This document shows, piece after piece, positions 41,545 to 51,045 of a stretch of DNA of 64,000 bases (positions within the stretch are counted from its first letter, which is position 1; each line of letters begins with the position of its first letter). Made by a program: the position numbers and the translations under genes. Origin of the DNA: Gemmatimonas sp. (GTDB lineage Bacteria; Gemmatimonadota; Gemmatimonadetes; Gemmatimonadales; Gemmatimonadaceae); NCBI GenBank assembly GCA_965279375.1, contig OZ257156.1, positions 1,184,001 to 1,248,000 on the forward strand. Reading direction: 5' to 3'. Under the pieces are notes generated by a model that saw only the letters and a program-made list of their open reading frames with translations, did no database searches and had not been told where the DNA came from.

Positions 41545-41763
41545 GGGATCAGATCGGGGGTGACGTCGGGCTCGCTTATCGACTCCGGGGCGTCGGTTCG
41601 CGTCACGCGCGCCGAGCAACCTTTGGAGGCGCGATCGGTCCCAAGAGGTGCCGCTCCGTCCCGGTTGCCTTTCGTAACCTGTGCACCGGTCCCAGCGTAC
41701 AGACTGCGCGACGACGCCACTCGCGCCTCGTCGCCCCTTCCTTCCTCGAGCGGTCCCCTGCCT

Positions 41764-43404
41764 ATGACCTCACGACGCGATTTCCTCAAACAGGGCAGCG
41801 CCGCACTCGGCGCTTCGGCGCTCGCCGGCAGTGCCCTGAATGCCATGCCGGGCCTCCTCACCACGGCCCCCGCCCCCAACGACCGTGCGCTCACGGTGTT
41901 TGCGGACACCGCCGCGACCAAAGAGGTCATGAACGCCGCGCTCAATGCCGCGAAGATGGCCGGCGCGTCGTATGCCGATGTGCGCGTCAGCAGACAGCGC
42001 CAGAACTTCGTGCAGACGCGCGAACAGCAGATCACCAACATCGTCGATACGGACACGATCGGACTCGGTATCCGCACGTTGGTGGATGGCACGTGGGGCT
42101 TTGCCGCCACGCGCGTCCTCACGACTGACGGCGCCGCTGCCGCCGCGAAGGAATCGGTCGCGATCGCCAAGGCCTCGCGCATCGCGCGCGACAAGGCCGT
42201 GGAATGGCTGCCGTCGCCCGCCTTCACCGACGTGACCTGGAAGAGCGCCTACACGAAAGACCCGTGGGACGTGCCTATCGAAGAGAAAGCGGACCTGCTG
42301 CTCAAGGCCAACGCCGCCGCACTCAAGGCCAAGGGCGTCAAGTTCGTCTTCAGCGGTTTCTTCTTCGTGAAGGACGAACGCAACTACGCCAACTCCGACG
42401 GTTCCTTCATCACGCAGGACGTCATTCGCAGCTGGCCGCTGATGCAGATCACCGCCGTCTCCGCCGATTTCTCCGACTTCCAGAATCGCGGCAACGTGGT
42501 CCCGCCCACCGCACGCGGCTGGGAGTTCGTGCTCAGCTCCGACCTGGTGGGCAACGCACAGAAGTGGGGCGAAGAAGCCGCCGCGAAACTCACCGCCAAG
42601 CCGGTGGATGTGGGTCGCTACGATCTCGTGCTCGATCCGTCCAACCTCTGGCTCACGATTCACGAAAGCATCGCGCACCCCACCGAGCTCGATCGCGCGA
42701 TGGGCTACGAAGCCAACTACGCCGGCACCAGCTTCGTCGCGCCGCCGGAGAAGATGCTTGGGCAGCTCAAGTACGGACCGTCGCTCCTCAACATTCAAGG
42801 CGATCGCTCGCAGCCCGGTGGCTTGAGCACGATCGGTTGGGACGACGACGGCGTGAAGCCCGACGAGTTCCTCATCATCAAGAACGGCATGCTCAACGAC
42901 TACCAGACCACGCGCGAGCAGGCCCCATGGCTGCGCTGGTGGTACGAGAAGAACAATCGCCCCGTGCGCTCGCACGGTTGCTCGTACGCACAAGGCTGGG
43001 ACAACGTGCAGTTCCAGCGCATGCCTAACGTGTCACTGCTGCCTGGCGAAAAGGATCTCAAGATCGACGATCTCATCGCGGCCACCGATCGCGGCATTCT
43101 CATTCAGGGCGATGGCAGCTTCTCCATCGACCAGCAGCGATTCAACGCGCAGTTCGGCGGCCAGACCTTCCACGAGATCAAGGGCGGCAAGGTCGTCGGC
43201 GTATTGAAAGATGTCGCGTACCAGATCCGCACCCCCGACTTCTGGAACTCGCTCGACATGATCGGCGGCAAGAGCAGCTACTCACTCGGCGGCAGCTTCT
43301 TCGACGGCAAGGGACAGCCGCCGCAAGTCAACGCGGTCAGTCATGGCTCGCCACCAGCGCGCTTCCGCAACGTGAACATCATCAACACGGGGAGGAAGGC
43401 CTGA
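41764..43404 (+). CDS. tldD: TldD-family metalloprotease with Tat-like leader
   Basis: SRRDFLK leader; HESIAHPTELD; GWDDDGV; RMPN. Confidence 0.88.
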   Translation: MTSRRDFLKQGSAALGASALAGSALNAMPGLLTTAPAPNDRALTVFADTAATKEVMNAALNAAKMAGASYADVRVSRQRQNFVQTREQQITNIVDTDTIGLGIRTLVDGTWGFAATRVLTTDGAAAAAKESVAIAKASRIARDKAVEWLPSPAFTDVTWKSAYTKDPWDVPIEEKADLLLKANAAALKAKGVKFVFSGFFFVKDERNYANSDGSFITQDVIRSWPLMQITAVSADFSDFQNRGNVVPPTARGWEFVLSSDLVGNAQKWGEEAAAKLTAKPVDVGRYDLVLDPSNLWLTIHESIAHPTELDRAMGYEANYAGTSFVAPPEKMLGQLKYGPSLLNIQGDRSQPGGLSTIGWDDDGVKPDEFLIIKNGMLNDYQTTREQAPWLRWWYEKNNRPVRSHGCSYAQGWDNVQFQRMPNVSLLPGEKDLKIDDLIAATDRGILIQGDGSFSIDQQRFNAQFGGQTFHEIKGGKVVGVLKDVAYQIRTPDFWNSLDMIGGKSSYSLGGSFFDGKGQPPQVNAVSHGSPPARFRNVNIINTGRKA

Positions 43405-44855
43405 TGTCCAAGTCAACCAACTTCGAACGCAAGCGCGACGCGCTGTCGCGTCGTGTGCTGCTGTCCGATCCGGTCGAGTCGTTCCGTCGTGGCGTGCCGC
43501 TGCGTGAAGCGGCCAGCAGTGCGGTGCTGTCGCGTGAAGAGGCACAGGCAGTCGTCGAAAAAGCCGTGAAGCTTTCCAAGGCTGACGGCATCGACGTCTC
43601 GCTCAACACGTACTACAACGGCAACGTTCGCTTCGCCGCCAATCAGGTGAGCACGTCGGGTGCGACCACCGACGCGCAGCTCGCGATTCAAAGCAGCTTC
43701 GGCCCCAAGCACGCCGTCGTCACCACCAACGATCTCTCCGACGAAGCCATCCGTCGCTGCGTCGAGCAGAGCGAGCGCATGGCACGCCTCGCCCCCGACG
43801 ATCCGGAAGTGATGCCGCCGCTTGGCGCGCAGACGTACACGCCGGTGAAAGCGTTCTTCGATGCCACGGCCAACCTCACGCCGGAAGATCGCGCTCGCGC
43901 GGCCCTGGTCGCGTTGCAGCTCACGCGCAGCGCTGGCGATCTCAAGTCGGCCGGCTATCTCGTCACGGGCATGGGTGCCAGCGCGATTGGCAACAAGGCG
44001 GGCATGTTCGCGTATCGCCCAGCCACCAGCTCCAACTACACGCTGACTGTGCGCAGTGATGACGGTACGGGTTCTGGTTGGGCTGCCGCCGATCATCCCG
44101 ACTGGACGCAAGTCGATGCGCGTCGCGTCGCGCAGCAAGCGACGGATAAGGCGCGTCTCTCAAGAAATCCGGTCGCCATCGAGCCAGGCCGCTATACAGT
44201 CATCCTCGAGCCGCAGGCCGTGGGCGACTTGGTACAGCTCATCGGCAACTACGCCGACGCGCGTTCCACCGACGAAGGACGCAGCCCGTTCGTGAAGCAG
44301 GGCGGTGGCAACAAGATCGGCGAGAAGATTCTCGACGAACGCGTCACGCTCTTCTCCGATCCCACCGATCCGCAGCTCATCGGCCAGCCCTACGATGGCG
44401 AGGGCATGCCGATCAATCGCCAGGTGTGGATCGAGAACGGCGTGCTCAAGCAACTCTACTACTCGCGCTTCTGGGCCAAGAAGCAGAACAAGACGGCCAC
44501 CGGCGCGCCCACCACGTTCAAGATGGCGGGCGGCACGCAGAGCATCGACGATCTCGTCGCGGGCACCACACGCGGCATTCTCGTCACGCGATTGTGGTAT
44601 CTGCGCGAAGTCGATCCGCGCACGATTCTCTACACCGGCCTCACGCGCGACGGCACGTTCCTGATCGAGAACGGCAAGATCACCAAGTCGTTGCGCAACT
44701 TCCGCTTCAACGAGTCGCCGCTGTTCATGCTCAACAACCTCGAGGCACTCGGTCGCACCGAACGTCTCGCAGGCACGGAGCAGGGTGGCGATGTCGCCAT
44801 GCCGTCACTCAAGGCGCGCGACTTCAACTTCACGAGTTTGTCGGAAGCGGTGTAG
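43404..44855 (+). CDS. TldE/PmbA-family partner subunit
   Basis: RFAAN, PGRYTVILEPQA, TGLTRDG, NFRFNES; no HExxH; start overlaps tldD stop. Confidence 0.85.
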   Translation: MSKSTNFERKRDALSRRVLLSDPVESFRRGVPLREAASSAVLSREEAQAVVEKAVKLSKADGIDVSLNTYYNGNVRFAANQVSTSGATTDAQLAIQSSFGPKHAVVTTNDLSDEAIRRCVEQSERMARLAPDDPEVMPPLGAQTYTPVKAFFDATANLTPEDRARAALVALQLTRSAGDLKSAGYLVTGMGASAIGNKAGMFAYRPATSSNYTLTVRSDDGTGSGWAAADHPDWTQVDARRVAQQATDKARLSRNPVAIEPGRYTVILEPQAVGDLVQLIGNYADARSTDEGRSPFVKQGGGNKIGEKILDERVTLFSDPTDPQLIGQPYDGEGMPINRQVWIENGVLKQLYYSRFWAKKQNKTATGAPTTFKMAGGTQSIDDLVAGTTRGILVTRLWYLREVDPRTILYTGLTRDGTFLIENGKITKSLRNFRFNESPLFMLNNLEALGRTERLAGTEQGGDVAMPSLKARDFNFTSLSEAV

Positions 44856-44862
44856 TACGAAC

Positions 44863-45092
44863 TTTGTGGATCTGGGCGGATCACAGGGGATGAACTGCCT
44901 GGCCACGGATACAAACTGACAAGAACAGATCAACAGCACGCGGATACAACAAGAGCAAAAATTGTTTGAGTCCTGGGCATCCGCAGCACTGCTGTGGAAT
45001 GCTCAATTCAAATCCGCGAGCTGTTTCCGTGCGTTTCCGTTTCTATCCGTGGCCGAGCGGTTCATCCGCTGTTATCCCGCACCAATCCCAAA
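44863..45092. repeat. Fold-back (MITE/REP-like) element with ~80-bp imperfect terminal inverted repeats
   Basis: GGATGAACTGCCTGGCCACGGATA...AACAGCACGCGGAT (left) against the reverse complement of the right arm GGATGAACCGCTCGGCCACGGATA...AACAGCTCGCGGAT; central hairpin. Confidence 0.75.
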
Positions 45093-46445
45093 CTACTTGC
45101 TGCTTTTCTGCTCCTTCTTGGCCTCGGCCTCCACAGCCTCCATCACGCGCAGCAGGTTGCCGCCCCAGATCTTGGCGATGTCGCTCTCGCTGTAGCCGCG
45201 CTTCACCAACTCGGTCGTGACGGCCAACGCCTGCGTCGCATCACGGAATCCATCCACGCCGCCACCGCCGTCGAAGTCGGAGCTGATGCCGACATGATCG
45301 ATGCCCATCTTCTTCACGGCGTAGTCGATGTGGTTCACGAAGTCCGCCACGTTCGCCGGTGGATCTGACGGATAGCGCCGTGCCGTGATGTCTTCCTGCT
45401 TGGCGAGGTACTCGTTGCGCTTCGCGTCCGGCAGCGCCTGAATCGCCTGCTGCATCTCCTGACGCCCAGTGGCCGTGATGCCGTATTCCTTGCGCAGCGC
45501 TTCCATCGCCGCCGCTCGTGCCTGCTCACGCGGCACATCACGCGTGGGATCGCACTTCACGTAGCTGTTGAACGCCACCACCTGCATCACGCCACCGTTC
45601 TTCTTGAGCGCGGCCATCTGCTCGTCGTCCAAGTTGCGACTGTGATTGCAGATCGCGCGCACCGCCGAGTGCGACGCAATGATCGGCGCCTTGCTCAACG
45701 CCACCGTCTGCATCATCGATTCCTTCGACGGATGCGAGATGTCGACCATCATCCCCAATCGATTCATCTCGGCGATCACCTGCTTGCCCAACGGGCTCAG
45801 GCCATGATGCAGCCACACACCATCGCGCTCACCCGTGTTCGAGTCGGAGAGCTGGCTGTGTCCATTGTGCGCGAGTGACATGTAGCGGCCACCGCGATCG
45901 TAGAATTTCTTGACGTTCGTGATGTCGGCGCCGATGGGGAAACCGTTCTCCACGCCGATGAAGATCACGCGCTTGCCGACTTTGTGAATGCGACGCGCGT
46001 CAGCGGCGGTGTACGCAATCTCCGAACGCGTCGGCGCGAGCTGTTCCGTGAGACGATGCACCGCGTCGAACTTCTCGAGTGCCTGCGCATTCGCACTCGC
46101 GAAGCCAGCAGAATCGAGTTTCGTCGACTGCCCCACGTACACGATGAGGAACGCGCCGCCCAAGCCACCCTCCTCCATCTTCACCAGATCCACCTGCGTA
46201 CGCGGCAGCTTCTGCGTGTAGTTGGGACCCGACGCGTTGAAGTTGGCGGGGCTGATGTCCACGTGCGTGTCGATCGACAGCACCTTCGCGTGAATGGCAC
46301 GCGCCTTGGCCAGCAGCGCATCGTCTTCGGCAGACTGTGCGCGCAGCGGCGACGCCAACACCGTCAGGGCGAACGCCGAGAGCACTGCGGCGGACGTGAA
46401 TACACGGGGCGGAAACAGCTGCGGAACACGCGGAGCAAATCGCAT
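45093..46445 (-). CDS. Secreted dipeptidase (peptidase M19)
   Basis: DTHVD, GVENG, DISH, ASHS, RNLDD, SDFDGG; signal peptide. Confidence 0.92.
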   Translation of the reverse strand: MRFAPRVPQLFPPRVFTSAAVLSAFALTVLASPLRAQSAEDDALLAKARAIHAKVLSIDTHVDISPANFNASGPNYTQKLPRTQVDLVKMEEGGLGGAFLIVYVGQSTKLDSAGFASANAQALEKFDAVHRLTEQLAPTRSEIAYTAADARRIHKVGKRVIFIGVENGFPIGADITNVKKFYDRGGRYMSLAHNGHSQLSDSNTGERDGVWLHHGLSPLGKQVIAEMNRLGMMVDISHPSKESMMQTVALSKAPIIASHSAVRAICNHSRNLDDEQMAALKKNGGVMQVVAFNSYVKCDPTRDVPREQARAAAMEALRKEYGITATGRQEMQQAIQALPDAKRNEYLAKQEDITARRYPSDPPANVADFVNHIDYAVKKMGIDHVGISSDFDGGGGVDGFRDATQALAVTTELVKRGYSESDIAKIWGGNLLRVMEAVEAEAKKEQKSSK

Positions 46446-46622
46446 GGGAGTATCGGGCTTGAGAGACGAGGAGTGATCACGCGGTCGCGCCACAATTCGA
46501 TCCACATATCGTGCGGAACACGCCTCGGCGCAACCGAAGGCGGCGGTTACGCAGACGGCTCGACCTGCTAGCGATACGATCTGCTGACCCATCCCGCTGA
46601 ATGCGTCAGCGCGGTGCGTGGC

Positions 46623-47564
46623 TCAGTGCCCGCCCAGCTCCCGCTGTGCCAGCGCCGCCGGCGCCCGCGATCTTCCGCTCGCTCCAGCGAGTACCAGCAG
46701 CGTCAGCAGATACGGCACTGCCAGAAACAGCTGATAGGGGACGTTCTGCCACCCCATCGCCTGAAAGAGCGACTGCAGCGAGTTGGCCCCGCCAAAGAGC
46801 AGCGCCGCCGCCGCCACACCCAGCGGCTTCCAGCGCCCCAGCACCACGATCGCAATCGCAATGAAGCCGCGCCCCGCCGACATCTGCTCCACGAACGTGC
46901 CAGCCTGCGCCAGCACCAGCGTCGCGCCAGCCAGCCCCGCCATCGCACCAGCAAACAACACCGCCCACCACTGCACCCACCGCGGGCGCACCCCGGCCGC
47001 AATCGCCGCACTCGGCTGCTCTCCCACCGCGCGCAGCGCCAGACCGGCCTGCGTGCGCACCAGCCACCACGCGCACAGCGGCACCAGCAGGTACAGCAGA
47101 TAGGTCACCAGCGGCTGCGCGAAGAGCGCATGCCCCACCAGCGGAATCGACGACAGCCCGGGGATCGCCACGTTGCCGACGGTCGGCGTCGAGAGCGCGA
47201 CACCATTCGCGCCATACACGGTGCGGTAGAGCGTCCCCGTCATCCCGAACGCCAGGAGAGTGATCGCCGTCCCGGTGATGATCTGGTCGGCGCGCATCCA
47301 GACGGTGAAGACCGCGAAAAGCGCCGCCACCACGATTCCCGCCACCGCGCCCGCAACGAATCCGGCGCCCGCGCCCGCGGCGCCGGCCGCGACCGTGGCC
47401 CCCAACGCGCCGGCGATGATCGCCCCTTCCAGCCCGATGTTGATCACACCCGCCCGCTCACTCACGCACTCGCCAAGCGCCGCCAATGCCAGCGGCGTCG
47501 CCGTGCGCACGCTCGCCTCCAGAAAACTGGCCGCGCTCTCGAGTCCGCCAACATCCTGACTCAT
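46623..47564 (-). CDS. Nucleoside-type ABC transporter permease
   Basis: ERAGVINIGLEG, LRAVGE, GRGFIAIA; start at ATG 47564 overlapping the upstream stop. Confidence 0.9.
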   Translation of the reverse strand: MSQDVGGLESAASFLEASVRTATPLALAALGECVSERAGVINIGLEGAIIAGALGATVAAGAAGAGAGFVAGAVAGIVVAALFAVFTVWMRADQIITGTAITLLAFGMTGTLYRTVYGANGVALSTPTVGNVAIPGLSSIPLVGHALFAQPLVTYLLYLLVPLCAWWLVRTQAGLALRAVGEQPSAAIAAGVRPRWVQWWAVLFAGAMAGLAGATLVLAQAGTFVEQMSAGRGFIAIAIVVLGRWKPLGVAAAALLFGGANSLQSLFQAMGWQNVPYQLFLAVPYLLTLLVLAGASGRSRAPAALAQRELGGH

Positions 47565-48604
47565 GTGCCGGCCTCCGCGCGACTCACACTTCGCGACTGC
47601 CATCGCTCTGCCGCCACCACCAACAGGATCAGCGTCGCCTCCACCACCGACACTACCACGTTGGGAACGCCGGCATCGCGCTGCATCGCATTCGCGCCCG
47701 CCTCGAGCGCGCCAAACAACAACGCCGTCACCAGCACGCCCAACGGATGTAGCCGAGCCAGCAGCGCCACGGCGATCGCGGTGAAGCCGTAGCCCGGCGA
47801 GAAGTTGTCGTAGAGCGCGTACGTCACCCCCGACAGCTCCACCGCACCAGCCAATCCGGCGAGCGTCCCACTCAACACGAAGGCGCCAAACAACGTGCGT
47901 GCCACGCGGATCTGACCGCTGCTCGCCGCCGCCGCCTGGTTCGCGCCGACCGCACGCAGCCGAAAGCCACCCGCTGCGTCGCGCAGCCACCACCAGAGCG
48001 CGACGGCCAACGCGATCGCCAACAGCACACCCACATGCAACCGCGTCCCGCTCAGCAGCACGGGCAGGTGCAGCGCGTCGGGCAACGACGCCGACTGCGG
48101 ATTGATCCGCGTCGGCTCCTGCAATGGCCCACGCACCAACCATCCCACCAGGTACTGCGCCAAGAAGTTGAGCATGATCGTGCTGATCACCTCCAGCACG
48201 CCAAAGCGCTGGCGCAACACCGCCGCCACCGCCGCCCACGCACCACCGGCCATCGCGCCCGTCACCAGCATCAGCACAATCACCAGCGGCGCTGGCAATC
48301 CGCCCACTGCCGCCGCCGTCGCTGTCGCCACCGCCGCACCCATCAACAGCTGCCCTTCCGCGCCGATGTTTAGAATGCCGGCACGAAACGCCATCGCCAC
48401 CGCCAATCCCGCCAGCGCCAACGGCACCGCGCGCACCAACGTCGCCGAGGTGATCGCGTACCAGCTCCCGAACGCGCCATTCGCCAGCGCCGACAGCGCA
48501 CGACCCGCATCGTGGCCCGTGAGCAGCAGCAGCACGACCAGCAACGTCAATGCGATCGCCGCCATCGCGATGGTGCGCATCGTCAACGCGAGCGCGTTTT
48601 TCAT
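47561..48604 (-). CDS. Nucleoside-type ABC transporter permease
   Basis: FRAGILNIGAEGQ, EVISTIMLN, GYGFTAIAVALL. Confidence 0.9.
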   Translation of the reverse strand: MKNALALTMRTIAMAAIALTLLVVLLLLTGHDAGRALSALANGAFGSWYAITSATLVRAVPLALAGLAVAMAFRAGILNIGAEGQLLMGAAVATATAAAVGGLPAPLVIVLMLVTGAMAGGAWAAVAAVLRQRFGVLEVISTIMLNFLAQYLVGWLVRGPLQEPTRINPQSASLPDALHLPVLLSGTRLHVGVLLAIALAVALWWWLRDAAGGFRLRAVGANQAAAASSGQIRVARTLFGAFVLSGTLAGLAGAVELSGVTYALYDNFSPGYGFTAIAVALLARLHPLGVLVTALLFGALEAGANAMQRDAGVPNVVVSVVEATLILLVVAAERWQSRSVSRAEAGT

Positions 48605-48659
48605 GCGCGCCCCACGAGAATTCCGCGAATATCACATGCGCGCACTGCACGACCACGCA

Positions 48660-50231
48660 TCACGAGCTCGCCGAACCCAACATCGCCCGACCGACTGCCT
48701 CTCGATCGCGCGCCGTCTCGACCAACGTGCCGGCGTGCATCGCGTACACCCGATCGCACAACTGCAGCACTTCATCCAGGTCGCTCGAGTAGAGCACCAC
48801 CGCCGCGCCACCATCGCGTGCGCCGCGCAACGCCGCATGCACCGCCGCCGTGGCCAGAAAATCGAGTCCGCGCGATGGGTTCTCCACCACCAGCGCACTC
48901 GGCGCACTCTCGAGCTCACGCCCCAGCACGAACTTCTGCTGATTGCCCCCAGACATCGTGCGCGCCGCCGCATCGATCACACCAGGCCGCACGTCATACC
49001 GTTGTACGATCGCCTTGGCCGTCTCACGCAGCGCATCCCACGGCATGCGCCCACTGCGCGCACCCGCGCCACGCAACGCGACATTCTCCGTGAGCGACCC
49101 CTCCAGCAGCAACGCTTCGCCGTGCCGATCCTCCGGCACAAAGCCCACCACCTCGGGGCGCGTCAACGCACCACTGCTCGGTTCCGCTCGGCCGGCAAGC
49201 ACGCGCAACAACGCGTGGTGGCCGGCGCCTTCCACCGCCGCAATCCCCACGATCTCGCCCGCGCGCACCGTGAGATTGGCGCCGCGTACCTGCTCGACAC
49301 CACGCGCATCCACCACGCGCACATCCCGCGCAGCAAACACCGCAGGTCGATTGTCTGCGAACGATGGCCGCACTGTACCCGCGTCGCCGTGTTGGTAAGC
49401 GTGTTGGTCAGCGTGCACTCGCGCACTCGCAGCAGCCGTCGCACCAGGCGCGGTATCGCCGCTGTGGCTCGCCGACAGAGCCGTCGGCGGCTCGACACCC
49501 GCTCGCTCCACGCCAAGCATCGCGGTCGCGAGCCCCGCCTCATTCGTCTCCGCCGTGCGCGACGTCAACACGGTCCGCCCACGGCGCAGTACGGTCACGT
49601 CATCCGCGATCGCCAGCGCGTCGCGCAGCTTGTGCGTGATCAACACCACCGCATGCCCAGCATCGGCGTGCGCGCGAATCCAGCGCAGCAGCTCCGCCGC
49701 TTCTGTCGGCGCCAGCACTGCCGTCGGTTCATCGAGAATGAGCAGCTGCACGTCGCGCGACAGCGCCTTCACGATCTCGCACCGCTGCTGCGCACCCACA
49801 GGCAGATCACCCACCAACGCATCGGGATCGAGCGACAGCCCGGCGCGTGCGGCCACATCACGCACTCGCGCCGCTGCCGCCGTCGGATCAAATCGACCAC
49901 GCCCGCCCAGTGCGACGTTCTCGGCCACGGTCATCGCCGGCACGAGCGTGAAATGCTGATGCACCATGCCGATTCCCAACGACAACGCGGCCGCCGGTGA
50001 CGCGATCGTGCGCATCTCACCGCGATAGCGAATTGTGCCGGCATCTGGCGCCAACATGCCGAACGCCACGCGCATCAGCGTCGTCTTCCCCGCGCCATTC
50101 TCGCCAAGCACGGCGTGCACCGTCCCCGCGCGCACGCGCAACGAGGCGTCGTCCAGCGCGAGCACCGTCCCGAACCGTCGTGTGATCCCCTCGAGCGAAA
50201 GCACATCGGCTTTCGCTGACGTTGCTGTCAC
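48660..50231 (-). CDS. ABC transporter ATPase (CUT2, tandem NBD)
   Basis: GENGAGKTT, GMVHQHF, LDEPT, PEDR, SGGNQQK. Confidence 0.93.
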   Translation of the reverse strand: MTATSAKADVLSLEGITRRFGTVLALDDASLRVRAGTVHAVLGENGAGKTTLMRVAFGMLAPDAGTIRYRGEMRTIASPAAALSLGIGMVHQHFTLVPAMTVAENVALGGRGRFDPTAAAARVRDVAARAGLSLDPDALVGDLPVGAQQRCEIVKALSRDVQLLILDEPTAVLAPTEAAELLRWIRAHADAGHAVVLITHKLRDALAIADDVTVLRRGRTVLTSRTAETNEAGLATAMLGVERAGVEPPTALSASHSGDTAPGATAAASARVHADQHAYQHGDAGTVRPSFADNRPAVFAARDVRVVDARGVEQVRGANLTVRAGEIVGIAAVEGAGHHALLRVLAGRAEPSSGALTRPEVVGFVPEDRHGEALLLEGSLTENVALRGAGARSGRMPWDALRETAKAIVQRYDVRPGVIDAAARTMSGGNQQKFVLGRELESAPSALVVENPSRGLDFLATAAVHAALRGARDGGAAVVLYSSDLDEVLQLCDRVYAMHAGTLVETARDREAVGRAMLGSASS

Positions 50232-51019
50232 GAGCCGGTAGGGAGATGCAGGAACGACCAGGGCACTCCAAAGCGCTGCTCGATGAACGCGCCGAGTGAT
50301 TGCACGCCGAGCGTTTCGGTCGCGTAGTGGCCGGCGTAGATGACGCAGAGATCGTGCTCGATCGCGTCGACCGTCGTGTGGTGCGGCCCCTCGCCCACGA
50401 TCAGCGTGTCCACGCCGCGCTCGCGCGCCTCGCGCAGCGATTCGGTGGACGCACCGCCGCCGCTGCAGATCGCCCAGCGCTTGGTCGTGCGACCGGTCGT
50501 GGGCACGCTCGTGCGCACGCTGCCGCCATAACGCGCCGCGTACGCCTGCACGTGCAGCGCGAGTGCGTCGGTTGCGATATCCGCGTCACCCATCACGCCG
50601 ATGTCCACGCCCTTGAACTGCGAGAAGCCAGCAGTCGGCACGAGTCCGAGCGTTTGCGCGAGTCGCACGTTGTTGCCGTGCACGGGATGCAAATCGAGCG
50701 GCAGGTGCGAGGCATACACCGCGATGCCGTTGGTGATCAACGAGCGGTACTTCTCGTAGACCACGCCCACGAGCGGCTGAGCGCCGCCCCAGAACAGCCC
50801 ATGATGCACGATGAGCAGATCCGCGCCACCAATCGCCGCTTCGGCGATCGCGGCACGCGACGCATCGACCGCCACGGCGACGCGACGCACATGCCCAATG
50901 TTCGCCACCTGCAGTCCGTTCATTGCGCCCGGATAGTCAGGTACCTGCGACGTGCGCAACTCGACGTCAAGTGCGGCGACGATGTCGTGCAGTGCGGCAG
51001 ATGGGGACATGGTGTCCAT
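50228..51019 (-). CDS. Nif3-like (YbgI/DUF34) dinuclear metal protein
   Basis: NGLQV, VHHG, SHLPLD.HP..GNN, GHYATE. Confidence 0.92.
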   Translation of the reverse strand: MDTMSPSAALHDIVAALDVELRTSQVPDYPGAMNGLQVANIGHVRRVAVAVDASRAAIAEAAIGGADLLIVHHGLFWGGAQPLVGVVYEKYRSLITNGIAVYASHLPLDLHPVHGNNVRLAQTLGLVPTAGFSQFKGVDIGVMGDADIATDALALHVQAYAARYGGSVRTSVPTTGRTTKRWAICSGGGASTESLREARERGVDTLIVGEGPHHTTVDAIEHDLCVIYAGHYATETLGVQSLGAFIEQRFGVPWSFLHLPTGS

Positions 51020-51045
51020 CGCGTCAGTGCGAGTGTGCAAGTGAC

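Noticed and set aside
46623..48656. 677-aa ORF suggesting a fused permease
   Set aside because: The upstream part is an alternative frame over the neighbouring permease; the real start is ATG 47564.
49388..49416. 12-bp repeat in the ABC ATPase (HADQ-HAYQ-H)
   Set aside because: In-frame duplication in the inter-domain linker; likely neutral.
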